Source: an uncultured Desulfobacteraceae bacterium
Lineage (GTDB): Bacteria; Desulfobacterota; Desulfobacteria; Desulfobacterales; UBA11574
Assembly (NCBI GenBank): GCA_964410925.1
Contig: CAYPIW010000155.1
Span: 1,607-65,606, forward strand
Reading direction: 5' to 3'
DNA: 64,000 nucleotides
Below are positions 1 to 11,520 of the stretch, in pieces (the first letter of the stretch is position 1; the number at the start of each line of letters is the position of its first letter). The notes beneath the pieces are model-generated. The model saw nothing but the letters and a program-made list of their open reading frames with translations. It was not told the origin of the DNA and searched no databases. Both the position numbers and the translations under genes were made by a program.

Positions 1-730
1 AACCCCGCAGTAAGATGCAAAGTTAGGCGCAATTAGAATGGCATTTTTTGATGAAGCATAATGAGAAGAAGTTAATTTTTTACAGTTTGAATTAAAATAA
101 AAAATATTTCAAGAAAAATGAACTGTCAAGTGATGTAGTGACCCGGCTTGCTATTCTGCCAAATCAAGTTTAGGTCGGGACAGATAAGAATATTCGATTT
201 TTAGTTGAAGAGGCGTAGATTTAAATTAAAAATCGATAAGATGCTTTTCTATTTCGGGATAGAGGGTGTCAATATCCTTTTGGATTAATATTCGGTTGAC
301 GACCTTTATCTAATTCCAACTGGCTGAAGAGGTCTTTATGGTTTTCATCAGGGTAAGTATACCCTGTCGTTGCAAAAGCTCAGGATGCCGTAAGTCCAAG
401 GCGTCCAAGGGTGACGCTGTAGTAAACTACTGCAAACCCTTGGCAACAAAGGAATTATGGTATCATGGGCTTTCCCGAAAGGTTAAAAATATGCCCTGTG
501 AAACGTTTTTTTCTGGAATTCACGCTAGGTTTATTCCAAAAGCTTCTGTTTAACATGCGTAACATATAGAAATGTTATAATAAAATATATTTTTAGTATA
601 TTTTTTATGCAACTACAGGGTATAGAGAGGAAAGACATAGTCGATAGTTTTTAATGAAACAGCAACATGTTTAACGATTTCATCTGTGCATAGTATATGA
701 CTCCATGGGATTTTGGTTTCTAATCTGAAA

Positions 731-770
731 AAGCGGATCGCCGTTTTAATACGGCGATCCGCTTTTTTTA
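731..770. terminator. Bidirectional rho-independent terminator hairpin
   Basis: 13-bp perfect stem aagcggatcgccg/cggcgatccgctt with an 8-nt loop. An A-run lies to the left and a T-run to the right. It sits about 22 nt downstream of the stop of minus-strand CDS 792..2084. Confidence 0.8.
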
Positions 771-791
771 TATAGATGGGTTATACCGAAT

Positions 792-2084
792 TTATTTGGC
801 CGGAGGTGCCGGTACTTGAGATGTTGCTCCTTTTTCCGTTGCTTTTAGGCTCGCCATCTGTTTATTCACGGCGTCAATTTTTTGAGTGATTATATTCGTC
901 TGAAGGTCATTTTTACTGAGTGCTGCGGCTTGGTCAAGATAATGCTTTGCATCTTTAAGACCGGAAAGGGTTGCCTTATCGGCGGCCACATCGGCCTTGT
1001 AGAGAAGAATCATCAGTTCGATGTTGTTCAAGCGATTAAAAGCAGCTTCAGTGGCAGCAGAGGTGACCGCATACGAGATCGCCCGGTTTAAATACCCCTT
1101 GATTCCTTCAAAATCAGGCATGCCCGGAACTTCCAGCAGGGTATCCGCCTTCTCCACATAATAATTAAAAATAATCGGAAATACGTCTTTTTGAAGATAA
1201 ACGTCTTTTGTGGTTTCAGGGAGCTGAACTCCGGGAAGTGTAATGAGAAGCTCTTCACCCATGGGAGCGAATCTTCCCTGCCAGATTTCAAGTGCGCCCT
1301 GTTTTGCATTCATATAATATTTGGTTTTGTTTATCATGCTGGACCCGACAATCAGTAAAACCAGAACAACAACCGCTGCAATCAGATATTTCATGGCCTT
1401 TTCCATAGGGTCGGACACGGTGGTGTCGCTCTCAATCGGTGGTTCAGCCATTTTTGGCTCTGCGGCCTTTTCGGCAGCGGCTTTTTCAGCGGCGGCCTTT
1501 TCAGCGGCGGCTTTTTCGGCAGCAGCTTTTTCGGCAGCAGCCTTTTCGGCAGCAGCCTTCTCAGCAGCAGCCTTCTCAGCAGCAGCTTTTTCGGCGGCGG
1601 CTTCTTCGGCAGCAGCCTTCTCAGCAGCGGCTTCTTCGGCAGCGGCTTTTTCAGCGGCAGCCTTTTCGGCGGCGGCTTTAATCTCCACTAAATCAAATTT
1701 TTTCAGCAGCAGTTCCTTGATCCGTAGAATCTCTTCTTCTGATCCTGAGACAAAGGGCGGTGCAGCAAAACCTTTAAGATATTTTTCATCCTGGCTAACC
1801 CTATAGAGCTTATCGGGTTTCCATTTGTCAAATTTTTTATGAATGAGTTCTTTCATTGAAACCTTCTTCTTTTCTGTTTTAGGTGGTGGTTTTTTAGGTG
1901 GAGCGGCAGTTCTAATTTTTGCTTTGGGAGCGGGCATGGCCTTTGGAGCGGCTTTAGTCTTTGGAGAAGCTTTGGCTTTAGCGGCAGCCTTGGTCTTTGG
2001 AGAAGCTTTTGCTTTAGCGGCTGCTTTTGGCTTTATCTTTTTTTTCTTTTTAGCGGTCGATTTAAGCAAACTGTTTTTTCCCAT
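792..2084 (-). CDS. Bitopic membrane protein of unknown function, with a Lys/Ala/Pro-rich histone-H1-like N-terminal tail, an (AAEKA)n repeat, one TM helix and a ~170-aa C-terminal domain
   Basis: 430-aa ORF. N-terminus reads KKKKKIKPKAAAKAKASPKTKAAAKAKASPKTKAAPKA. About 15 AAEKA pentads follow, then the hydrophobic segment YLIAAVVVLVLLIVGSSMI. A terminator lies just downstream. Confidence 0.8.
   Translation of the reverse strand: MGKNSLLKSTAKKKKKIKPKAAAKAKASPKTKAAAKAKASPKTKAAPKAMPAPKAKIRTAAPPKKPPPKTEKKKVSMKELIHKKFDKWKPDKLYRVSQDEKYLKGFAAPPFVSGSEEEILRIKELLLKKFDLVEIKAAAEKAAAEKAAAEEAAAEKAAAEEAAAEKAAAEKAAAEKAAAEKAAAEKAAAEKAAAEKAAAEKAAAEKAAEPKMAEPPIESDTTVSDPMEKAMKYLIAAVVVLVLLIVGSSMINKTKYYMNAKQGALEIWQGRFAPMGEELLITLPGVQLPETTKDVYLQKDVFPIIFNYYVEKADTLLEVPGMPDFEGIKGYLNRAISYAVTSAATEAAFNRLNNIELMILLYKADVAADKATLSGLKDAKHYLDQAAALSKNDLQTNIITQKIDAVNKQMASLKATEKGATSQVPAPPAK
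1460..1678. repeat. 15-bp tandem repeat (about 14-15 units) encoding the AAEKA pentad array
   Basis: Visible periodicity gcNgcNgcYttYtc on the + strand, in frame with CDS 792..2084. Confidence 0.9.
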
Positions 2085-2181
2085 AAAAAACCTCTTTGAA
2101 ATTGTTTATAATTTTATATATATATAAATTAGCAACTACCGTATATAAGAATACATTGGCTTTGTAAACATTTTTTTAACG

Positions 2182-3030
2182 ATGATAATCACTAGCGAAA
2201 GTTCACGGTTTGTAAAGGAAATGGATAATGGCTTAACCACAAAAAGAGAACATCTGATTTCAATCATAAAAAGTTATGGTTCTCTGCTCGTGGCATATTC
2301 AGGGGGAGTTGACAGCACGTTTCTTTTGGCAATGGCCCATGAAGCGCTGAAAAAAAATCTGGTTGCAATAACCGCAAAATCCCCACTTCATCCCGTAAGG
2401 GAAAATCAGGACGCAAAATCCTTTGCTCAAAAGCTAAGAGTTCGGCATCTGTTTGTAAAATCAACAGAAATGAACCGGTCTGACTTTACAGCCAACACAA
2501 AAAGAAGATGTTATCTGTGTAAAAAATATCTTTTTAAAGATTTGTTGAAGATCGCAAGGGAGAACAACCTGGAATATGTGGCCCATGGTGCCAATGTTGA
2601 TGATCTTAAAGATTTTCGTCCCGGATTTGACGCCGCCCGTGAGATGAATATCATGGCCCCGATGGTGGATGCAGGGCTGACCAAGAAGGATATCCGCACA
2701 CTTTCAAAGAAGATGAACCTGAAAACCTGGAACAAGCCGTCTATGTCCTGCCTTGCCACCAGAATTCCGTATGGAACGCAGATAACCTTCGAAAAACTTA
2801 AAATGATTGAAAAGGCGGAACAGGTCATATTGGACCTCGGTGTTACCTCCTGCCGCGTAAGAGTGCACGACAAGGTCGCCAGAATAGAGGTCGATCCCGA
2901 CGATATTGAAAGAATTCTGGATCAAGAGATCAGATCGACTGTTGTTGGGACATTAAGGGAAATCGGGTTTTCTCATGTGGCAGTGGATTTGGAAGGGTAT
3001 GGACAGGGGAGGATGAACCGAGATATTTAG
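2182..3030 (+). CDS. PP-loop ATP pyrophosphatase family protein, LarE-like (ATP-dependent sulfur transferase family)
   Basis: 282 aa. PP-loop motif SGGVDSTF near the N-terminus. A conserved Cys context (PSMSCLATR) resembles the LarE active-site region, recalled from memory. The true start may be an internal Met. Confidence 0.75.
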   Translation: MIITSESSRFVKEMDNGLTTKREHLISIIKSYGSLLVAYSGGVDSTFLLAMAHEALKKNLVAITAKSPLHPVRENQDAKSFAQKLRVRHLFVKSTEMNRSDFTANTKRRCYLCKKYLFKDLLKIARENNLEYVAHGANVDDLKDFRPGFDAAREMNIMAPMVDAGLTKKDIRTLSKKMNLKTWNKPSMSCLATRIPYGTQITFEKLKMIEKAEQVILDLGVTSCRVRVHDKVARIEVDPDDIERILDQEIRSTVVGTLREIGFSHVAVDLEGYGQGRMNRDI

Positions 3031-3070
3031 TTTTAACATCTTAAATTTCAAGTATCAAATTCCGAACAAA

Positions 3071-4744
<1,674 letters not shown>

Positions 4745-5620
4745 TTACTCATATAGTCTCTTAAAATCCTCAATAGTCTTCTGAACTTCATCCAGATCCT
4801 TTTTATTTTCCTGTTCCGGTATAGCAGGAGGACCCTGAGGATAGAGAGATTTAAGGTGATTTATATCAAAAAGCTTTTTTGAAAAAGAAGGATTTACTTT
4901 TATATTTTGTACATGAATTTCACGAACGAGAATGCCGGCCATAAAAAACTCAATCCGCATGGGGTACCAGGTATTCTGAACCTTTTGCCACTGAGCATAC
5001 CGAACCTCTAAACTGGTTTCCCGGCTTTGTTCGGGCTTGCCCGTCATGATCCAGCGAAACGGTCTGAATGTGTCCTTATCCAGCCATACCTGAGCAGTGG
5101 TTTCATCCGGATATCGGGCGCCCAAAACATATGCCGGTTTTCCCTGAAAGCGCCCCAGACTTGAAACCGTTACATCCACACCCAGGATGGAAAGCTGGTC
5201 TTGAAGCATCTTCCCGGGTTTGAAAAGAAGTATGTTTTTATACCTGTCATAACGGGTGTCTGAATCATCGGCAACCTTTCCGTCAATGACAGTCAGGGCT
5301 TTTCCTTCTGATAACACATGGATTCTGTGAACATTTTCGGACACCGTGTCCGAACGGAATATATCCGGAAAAACGTACCTCAAGGTTTCATTGAGTTCAA
5401 TCCCTCTTATTTGCAACGTATCATCATGAATCACCAATGTCTGAGAAACCAGGAGGCTTTTGGCTTTCCCAAGATTTCGGATCATCAGTTTCAGGATATA
5501 GGGGCCGGGCAAAACATAGGCATTTGCCGGTGCATACAAACATGTCACTATCGCAACGATTTGAAAAATGACCAAAAACTTATTCGGGTATTGATTCAAA
5601 AGATATCTATAGTATTTCAT
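4745..5620 (-). CDS. Hypothetical membrane-anchored or secreted protein
   Basis: ORF 4745..5656. I prefer the Met at 5620 (MKYYRYLL...), which is followed by a hydrophobic signal/anchor segment and overlaps the eno stop by only 14 nt. No recognised motif. Confidence 0.6.
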   Translation of the reverse strand: MKYYRYLLNQYPNKFLVIFQIVAIVTCLYAPANAYVLPGPYILKLMIRNLGKAKSLLVSQTLVIHDDTLQIRGIELNETLRYVFPDIFRSDTVSENVHRIHVLSEGKALTVIDGKVADDSDTRYDRYKNILLFKPGKMLQDQLSILGVDVTVSSLGRFQGKPAYVLGARYPDETTAQVWLDKDTFRPFRWIMTGKPEQSRETSLEVRYAQWQKVQNTWYPMRIEFFMAGILVREIHVQNIKVNPSFSKKLFDINHLKSLYPQGPPAIPEQENKKDLDEVQKTIEDFKRLYE

Positions 5621-6875
5621 CTGCGAACGTGGCTCCGTCTCCAAGTTCCTCTTCAATCCTCATGAGCTGGTTATACTTGGAGATCCGGTCACTGCGGGAC
5701 ATGGAACCGGTTTTTATCTGGCCGCCGTTTACACCCACCACAAAATCCGAAATAAAAGTGTCTTCTGTTTCACCCGATCTGTGAGATATAACCGTGGTGT
5801 AGCCAGCCTGTTCGGCCATGTCAATGGTATCGAGGGTTTCGGTAACCGTTCCGATCTGATTCAGTTTGATCAGGATTGAGTTTGCAACTCCTTTTTCAAT
5901 CCCCTTGCTGAAAATCTTGGGGTTGGTTACAAAAATATCATCGCCTACGATCTGGATGGATCCTTCCATACGCTCGGTCATCAATTCCCAGCCCTTCCAA
6001 TCCTGCTCGGCAAGACCGTCTTCTATACTCAGGATAGGATACCTTTCAACCAAACTTTCATAATAATCGATGAGCGTTTCGGCGTTGAGATTTTTATTTT
6101 CCGATTTCAGAACGTATTTTCCTTTTTTGTAAAACTCATTTGCGGCAGCATCCAGGGCAATCCCAATATGGCTTCCGGGTTTGTATCCGGCGGACTCAAT
6201 TGCACTAATAATGAATTTTATGGCTTCTTCATGAGATTCAAAGTCCGGCGCAAAACCGCCTTCATCCCCTACGGCAGTGCTGAGCCCTTTGTCTTTAAGT
6301 ATTTTTTTCAGGCTATGAAAGGTTTCTGCTCCCATTTGCACGGCCTGAGTGATGGATTTTGCGCCCACAGGGACAATCATAAATTCTTGTATGTCAAGAT
6401 TGTTTGCGGCATGGGCGCCTCCGTTTATGATGTTCATCATGGGAAGTGGAAGGCATCTGGCGTTAATTCCTCCAATATATCTATAGAGAGGCATTCCATA
6501 GGCCAGAGCGGCGGCGCGCGCAGCAGCCATTGATACTCCGAGAATTGCATTGGCTCCCAGTTTGGATTTGTTGGGCGTGCCGTCCAGTTCGATCATGAGT
6601 CTATCCAACACCACTTGATCTGCTGCATCCACACCCCGGACGGCAGGTCCGATTTTATCCACTATGTTTTTAACGGCAGTGATAACGCCCTTGCCGCCAA
6701 ACCGCTTTGATCGCTTATCCCGCAGTTCCAAGGCTTCACGTTTTCCTGTGGAAGCGCCCGAAGGAATTGCCGCGCGTCCCACAGCGCCGCAGGAAACAAA
6801 CACGTCTGCTTCAACTGTAGGATTTCCTCTCGAATCGAGTATTTCCCTGGCTTTTACATCAATTATCTCAGTCAT
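5607..6875 (-). CDS. eno: Enolase (phosphopyruvate hydratase)
   Basis: [23 protein letters not shown]-terminus. SHRSGETED motif. A GAAGGAG RBS lies 6 nt upstream of the ATG at 6875. The track start at 6890 adds 5 unlikely residues. Confidence 0.97.
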   Translation of the reverse strand: MTEIIDVKAREILDSRGNPTVEADVFVSCGAVGRAAIPSGASTGKREALELRDKRSKRFGGKGVITAVKNIVDKIGPAVRGVDAADQVVLDRLMIELDGTPNKSKLGANAILGVSMAAARAAALAYGMPLYRYIGGINARCLPLPMMNIINGGAHAANNLDIQEFMIVPVGAKSITQAVQMGAETFHSLKKILKDKGLSTAVGDEGGFAPDFESHEEAIKFIISAIESAGYKPGSHIGIALDAAANEFYKKGKYVLKSENKNLNAETLIDYYESLVERYPILSIEDGLAEQDWKGWELMTERMEGSIQIVGDDIFVTNPKIFSKGIEKGVANSILIKLNQIGTVTETLDTIDMAEQAGYTTVISHRSGETEDTFISDFVVGVNGGQIKTGSMSRSDRISKYNQLMRIEEELGDGATFADEIL

Positions 6876-7101
6876 GTTACACTCCTTCAATGGTTATGGG
6901 TTATTCTTGCGACGGATACGAATTATCCATGTGGAATTTATCTTTCCTTTTTTGCATCGCCCGACAACATTCTCATTTTTGCAGCTTGACAACATAGAAA
7001 TAAATGTTACTCTTCTAATTTTACTATGTCAAGAAGCGGGAATACGATAAGCTATTTTATTGTTTGATCTTAAATACAAATTTTGAACCGTTTTTTTTTC
7101 G

Positions 7102-7518
7102 ATGATCATGGAATACTCGGATTTTTATTCTAATGCCCATCTTGTTGTCGCCGCGATAAGGATTCTTACACACCAGAATTCTACGCCCCCTTCTATGGAT
7201 CAGGTTTGCCGGATCCTATCTTTTTCTCCGGAACAAGGCAATTTCATCTGTAAAAAGCTTAAAGATACCGGGGTAGTCGATGTGGTTGAAGGTGGTTTTG
7301 GGACTCGCCTTTTTATCAAAAACCACTTAAAAATAGAAGAAATTCCCAAAGCCAAAAAAGGGGACACGCTTGAAAATTCCCTTAAAGCCTTTCAGAATTC
7401 CAGAAAAGATTTTACCCAGAAAATAGAGTCGTTTCAGGCCGAACAGGCAAAAAAGCAAAAGGATCTTTTTGCTGAGCTGAAACAAAAACTTAAAAAAGGC
7501 TCGAACAAGGTGTCATAA
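7102..7518 (+). CDS. Hypothetical protein with a Lys/Gln-rich C-terminal coiled-coil-like tail
   Basis: 138-aa ORF, followed 3 nt later by the next CDS. No recognised motif. Confidence 0.55.
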   Translation: MIMEYSDFYSNAHLVVAAIRILTHQNSTPPSMDQVCRILSFSPEQGNFICKKLKDTGVVDVVEGGFGTRLFIKNHLKIEEIPKAKKGDTLENSLKAFQNSRKDFTQKIESFQAEQAKKQKDLFAELKQKLKKGSNKVS

Positions 7519-7520
7519 TT

Positions 7521-7805
7521 ATGAAACAGTACCAAGAGGCCATTGAGAAATTTAAAACGGCGATAAAACAACAATCCGAAAATGTAGAGATATGGTGCAG
7601 TTGGGGAATAGCCCTTGTGGAGTTGCAGCAATACCAGGAAGCGGTTGAAAAGTTTGAGAAAGCCTTGGAGGTCAAACCCGACTTCGTACCTGCGTTGTAC
7701 GGCTGTGGCTTTGCATTAAATGCTCTTGGCCGAAAGGAAGAAGCATCAAAGAAATTTAAAAAGGCTAAAAAAATTGCTCCCGATATTGAAGAAGATTCAG
7801 TTTAA
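7521..7805 (+). CDS. Small TPR-repeat protein
   Basis: 94 aa. Two TPR-like units (YQEAIEKFKTAI..., YQEAVEKFEKALEVKPDF...). Confidence 0.65.
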   Translation: MKQYQEAIEKFKTAIKQQSENVEIWCSWGIALVELQQYQEAVEKFEKALEVKPDFVPALYGCGFALNALGRKEEASKKFKKAKKIAPDIEEDSV

Positions 7806-7848
7806 CCCAAACATTGCACCACGCTTCGTATGTTTTCTATGGAATTTT

Positions 7849-8319
7849 TCATCTTCTTAGCGTTGCAATCAACCGTTTGGGTTCCTTGAAATAACCAAAT
7901 GCATCAATGATGCTTTTGCAAACAACAGTTGAAGACAGTAAGGTTTCAACGCAAGCGCCCTCTTCTTGAACCAAAGCGATTCCCAAACACGCTTCTTTTA
8001 GCATTAATCTGTCATTATTCCCGTTGCCGATACAAACCGTACGGTCTTTTCCGATACCCGAAACATACTCAAGTTTGCTTTGAGCTTGATTTTGATTGGA
8101 TATTTTTATCAGCTTGCAATTGACATTTTTTAATTCACGTTCAACAAATCCATAAGTGTCAGCGGTAATTACATGAAACTCCAACTCCTTGGAAAGCTCA
8201 TTAATAATTTCACAAACCCCGTCAATCAGCTTTCCGTCAACAGCGATGGTCCCATTGTAATCACACACAACGTGCTTGATCTCTAATCTGGTATATCCTG
8301 GAATATCAAATATCATCAT
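7849..8319 (-). CDS. HAD-superfamily hydrolase (soluble P-type-ATPase-like subfamily)
   Basis: 156 aa. VVCDYNGT (DxxGT-type nucleophile motif) and GNGNND near the C-terminus. Confidence 0.65.
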   Translation of the reverse strand: MMIFDIPGYTRLEIKHVVCDYNGTIAVDGKLIDGVCEIINELSKELEFHVITADTYGFVERELKNVNCKLIKISNQNQAQSKLEYVSGIGKDRTVCIGNGNNDRLMLKEACLGIALVQEEGACVETLLSSTVVCKSIIDAFGYFKEPKRLIATLRR

Positions 8320-8447
8320 GCGCTCCTTGATTGTTTATTCGGATATGACACGAAATAAACGGGTGATTCGAGTTCTATACAGATTATATTTTATCATCGG
8401 TTGCCGGCTCAATATCACCATTTAATACACCAGAACTTATTGAGAAG

Positions 8448-8966
8448 TTACAGGGTGATGGTCTCGAGGTATTCCTTAACACTGCCGATGGTTGCGATGA
8501 ACATCCTTGAGCCGGTCATAACCGTGAATACGTCATCCACGTTACCGCATGTCCTGGCAAATTCCGGTCCTATTACAACTGCAGGCTCCGGTGCATCGTC
8601 TTTTTGGGTCATGGCAGCCAAATACATATCCAGGCGGTCTTTTAGTATTTGAAAATAATCAATATTATTGCCGATCATCCATCCGGTTGTTGTAGATATG
8701 CTCTGTGAAAATTCATGAACTGCCTTCCAATATCCCTCTAAAAGGGGATTTTTCTGGGCACAATTTTCCAGATAATAGGATATGCTCCAGCCGATGCTGA
8801 TAATTTTCAGTATCTGGAGTTCATATTCAACCTTTCCCCGCTTAATGTCCGCCTCTTCCGGCAGATGTGCCATAAGCGTTTTAATATCCTCATGATTAAT
8901 GGCAAAATTAAACAGATCTTCTCCTGCTTTTTCGACGCCTGTTCTTTCCCCTTCCGGATTTTCCAT
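8448..8966 (-). CDS. Hypothetical protein
   Basis: 172-aa ORF with no competing ORF of similar quality. No recognised motif. Confidence 0.5.
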   Translation of the reverse strand: MENPEGERTGVEKAGEDLFNFAINHEDIKTLMAHLPEEADIKRGKVEYELQILKIISIGWSISYYLENCAQKNPLLEGYWKAVHEFSQSISTTTGWMIGNNIDYFQILKDRLDMYLAAMTQKDDAPEPAVVIGPEFARTCGNVDDVFTVMTGSRMFIATIGSVKEYLETITL

Positions 8967-8998
8967 TGTTACATGACCTCGGTGTTCGATTCAACTAT

Positions 8999-9283
8999 TT
9001 ATAAAAAGGGATTGACCATGCCAAAATAAATGGAGGTGGATTTGTCCTCTTTGATGGCGCTTTCAATCACAAAGCGATCTTCATTTTCAACCCGGGCAGG
9101 CCGTTTTTTGGCATCGAACTGCCACTCCACTCCAAATCCTGCCAGGCCTTGATCATCGAATACGATTTTCAATCGCTGGACAATAAATACATGCGGGTGG
9201 GCAATCACATCGGAGCCCACGCACAGCCCAATAACAAAAAGAGTCAGACATAACAGCTTCTTTTCGACATGAATCATGTGCAT
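8999..9283 (-). CDS. Short secreted protein with an HPHVF motif, possibly a truncated DUF1007-like periplasmic protein
   Basis: 94 aa. Signal-like LLCLTLFVIGLCVG followed by AHPHVFIV. Full-length family members are about twice as long (from memory), so this may be a remnant. Confidence 0.4.
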   Translation of the reverse strand: MHMIHVEKKLLCLTLFVIGLCVGSDVIAHPHVFIVQRLKIVFDDQGLAGFGVEWQFDAKKRPARVENEDRFVIESAIKEDKSTSIYFGMVNPFL

Positions 9284-9289
9284 GGGATA

Positions 9290-9736
9290 TCATTGAGTAT
9301 CTTCGGTTCTGACAATCAATACCGGACAGTGCGCTTTGCGAACTACTTTTTCGGCAACGCTGCCCATGAGCATATGCGAAACACCTGTTCTGCCGTGGCT
9401 GGCCATCACAATCAAGTCCATGTCTTTTTCCCTGGCTTCTTTGATGATTTCCACAAAGGGCTTGCCTTGCCGTACAACGGTTTCCACTTTAATGGCCTTT
9501 TTGATTTGTTCGGTCAATCTGTTTAGCTCTTCATATGCCTGCTCTTCCATTTTTTCCGCAAGTTCCTGGGGTGTGAGAACAAGGACCTGGTAATGTTCAA
9601 ATTCATGAAGCTGCTCCACTACGTGCAGAATCAAAAGTTCAGCATGATGATGAGATGCTAAAAAGACCGCATATTCCAAAGCGTTAGCGGAGATTTCGGA
9701 AAAATCTATCGGGCATAATATTGTTTTTATTTGCAT
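9290..9736 (-). CDS. Universal stress protein (UspA family)
   Basis: MQIKTILCPIDFSE... and the C-terminal GSVAEKVVRKAHCPVLIV motif. A GGAGGAG RBS precedes the ATG at 9736. Confidence 0.88.
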   Translation of the reverse strand: MQIKTILCPIDFSEISANALEYAVFLASHHHAELLILHVVEQLHEFEHYQVLVLTPQELAEKMEEQAYEELNRLTEQIKKAIKVETVVRQGKPFVEIIKEAREKDMDLIVMASHGRTGVSHMLMGSVAEKVVRKAHCPVLIVRTEDTQ

Positions 9737-9838
9737 TTTAAACGCTCCTCCTTGATAAGATACGAATAGCAAATACCATATAGCCTCGACTTTTTTGTTT
9801 CAACCGGGTGGAATATCTCAAAAGACTGTGTATGTCCT

Positions 9839-10579
9839 TTATTTTTTTCTTTTGTCTTTTAAATAAATTGCCTTTGAGGGTCCATCGCCAACAGCTCTTT
9901 CTTCGATTTGGAATAGCATTGTTGCTGATGCAAGTTCCCCCAACTTTTTGTAACCATAGTTTCTGGGATCAAATTCTGGTGCCTGCTTGGCAATGTTACT
10001 ACCCACAGATGCAAGATGAGCCCAACCAGAATCGTCCGAAGATGCCTCAACGGCGTTTCTCAATAAATCAACAAGTTTCGTATCTTTCTTAAGTTCGCTG
10101 GTTGTCTTGCGTCTTATTTTCTCAGTATAATCATCTCTGGAGCGCAGCACTTCAGTGAAAACAAACTTATCACACGCAGAAACGAATGCTTTAGGGGTTT
10201 TTTTCTCTCCGAATCCATAAACAAAAAGACCGGCTTCCCTTATCCTTGACGCTAACTTAGTGAAATCGCTATCGCTGGATACTATGCAAAAACCGTCAAA
10301 TTTGCCCGTGTAAAGTAAATCCATTGCGTCAATTATTAATGCACTGTCAGTTGAATTTTTCCCTGAAGTATACCCAAATTGCTGTATGGGCTGTATTGAA
10401 TACTGTAAAAGGACTTCCTTCCAGCCTTTAAGGCCTGACAGGGTCCAGTCACCGTAAATTCTTTTTACATTCGCTGTCCCATACTTTGCGATTTCCGATA
10501 GCAGGCCGTCAACAATAGAAGGCTGGGCGTTATCCGCATCTATTAATACGGCCAATTTTTCAATTTTACCGTCTGACAT
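9839..10579 (-). CDS. NYN-domain (PIN-like nuclease fold) protein with a C-terminal OST-HTH/LOTUS domain
   Basis: 246 aa. LAVLIDADN ... IVSSDSDF layout typical of NYN domains. The C-terminal ~70 aa (WAHLASVGSNIAKQAPEFDPRNYGYKKLGEL) is LOTUS-like. Confidence 0.75.
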   Translation of the reverse strand: MSDGKIEKLAVLIDADNAQPSIVDGLLSEIAKYGTANVKRIYGDWTLSGLKGWKEVLLQYSIQPIQQFGYTSGKNSTDSALIIDAMDLLYTGKFDGFCIVSSDSDFTKLASRIREAGLFVYGFGEKKTPKAFVSACDKFVFTEVLRSRDDYTEKIRRKTTSELKKDTKLVDLLRNAVEASSDDSGWAHLASVGSNIAKQAPEFDPRNYGYKKLGELASATMLFQIEERAVGDGPSKAIYLKDKRKK

Positions 10580-10686
10580 ATTTTCCCTTTTATGATTCTA
10601 ACACTGAAATCGAGCTGATACAAACGCTACGAACTATTTGGATTTACAAAAAAACCGGCTCGGCTTTTGTAGTCATCTCGAAATTT

Positions 10687-10890
10687 TTGCGTACCCATGC
10701 ATTGGCGTGAACTTTAGGGGTGAAAGTCCCCTGTATGTGAACCCGGTTAATAACTTTATGATTTCTTAACATAAATACTATCTGAAGGCAAGGGCGTTTC
10801 AGTGAGGAAAAGTCTGGAGGCTGGAGCGAAGCGTAAAAAGAGCCGCAGGCGAGAATGACCAAAAGGAACAGCAAGCCGGAGCCCAAATCC
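10687..10890 (+). mobile_element. Probable 5' fragment (partial domain I) of a group II intron; no domain V/VI and no IEP follow
   Basis: ttgcgtacccatgcattggcgtgaactttaggggtgaaagtcccctgtatgtgaaccc... resembles the conserved 5' end of bacterial group II introns (GUGYG, short stem, GGGUGA(A/G)AGUCCC), recalled from memory. The first base is T, not G. The region has no convincing CDS. Confidence 0.4.
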
Positions 10891-11087
10891 CAAAAAAATG
10901 AAATCTGCTATGGGCACGAAATGTTCATTTACCGACCGGATTTTATGGGAACAAAATCATATAGTTACGAAGGAATATTTTTTTAAATCAAGCTATAAGC
11001 AAACTTTTCAAATATTTTCACGTCAAGCTTATTTACGATAACATTTTCTCTTATTAATGTTAGCGCTTCTATCGGATTCATAGCGTT

Positions 11088-11492
11088 TCAATAAGGACAG
11101 TCGTCATTTGTTAAGGCTTCATAACAATCAATAATACTTAATATTTGGGCAAATTCTGACAAATTATGTTTTCCGTTGGGATACCCCGTACCATCCAGCT
11201 TTTCATGGTGGTCCAATGCAGCAAATTTGATCCTCTTATCGCTGAGTTGACATTTATCCAAGACATTAAATCCAATAATGGTATGGGGTTTCATCCCTTC
11301 GAATTCTTATGCGGATAATTTTTTTGAAGTTTTCAAAATTTTAGGATGCCTTTTGTCATTAAGACGCATATCATAGAGTGTCTTTCCATGTGCTTTATAA
11401 AGAACAAATCCCTTATCCGTTTTCATGTAAAGCGGAACGTATTTATAAAAATTTAGCTGCGATTTTCTTGCCGAAATGTACTCGGACTTCAT
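11088..11492 (-). pseudogene. HD-GYP domain protein remnant with an in-frame TAA, an internal deletion and a truncated C-terminus
   Basis: ORFs 11307..11492 and 11088..11294 are in the same frame and separated by a TAA at 11307..11309. The downstream part carries HHEKLDGTGYPNG (the HD-GYP signature). The HD part of the domain is missing. Confidence 0.7.
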
Positions 11493-11520
11493 GGGTCCAA
11501 AAGGACATCGCCCTAAAATT

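Noticed and set aside
338-553. 71-aa plus-strand ORF in the left-end region, and a minus-strand peptide fragment (...YPDENHKDLFSQLELDKGRQPNINPKGY) lacking a start codon
   Set aside because: No RBS, no motif, and a stop codon immediately upstream of the minus-strand fragment. The first 790 bp are best treated as non-coding or degenerate DNA.
1460-1678. Regular short repeats that could suggest a CRISPR array
   Set aside because: The units are 15 bp, contiguous and without spacers, and in frame inside a CDS. No CRISPR-like repeat-spacer structure or cas gene occurs anywhere in the window.
1321-2127. Plus-strand ORFs 1321..1806, 1439..1681 and 1843..2127, with poly-(AAFS), (RQQPF) and (GGFL/AAAL) type translations
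   Set aside because: They are the antisense or off-frame readings of the 15-bp and 39-bp coding repeats of CDS 792..2084. They are low-complexity artefacts with no RBS or independent support.
10644-10886. 80-aa ORF (minus strand) and the idea that 10700..10880 is RNase P RNA or a cobalamin riboswitch, because of GGTGAAAGTCC and GAGGAAAAGTCTGGAGGC strings
   Set aside because: The ORF has no RBS and lies in the putative intron fragment. The RNase P-specific elements (GGAAAGUCCGGGC P4 context and the rest of the ~350-nt fold) and the B12-box/GCCACUG elements are absent. The opening 60 nt fit a group II intron 5' end better, though that call also remains low-confidence.
11307-11309. In-frame stop inside the HD-GYP remnant as a possible second selenocysteine site
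   Set aside because: The codon is TAA, not TGA. The gene also lacks large parts of the domain, so it is a pseudogene.
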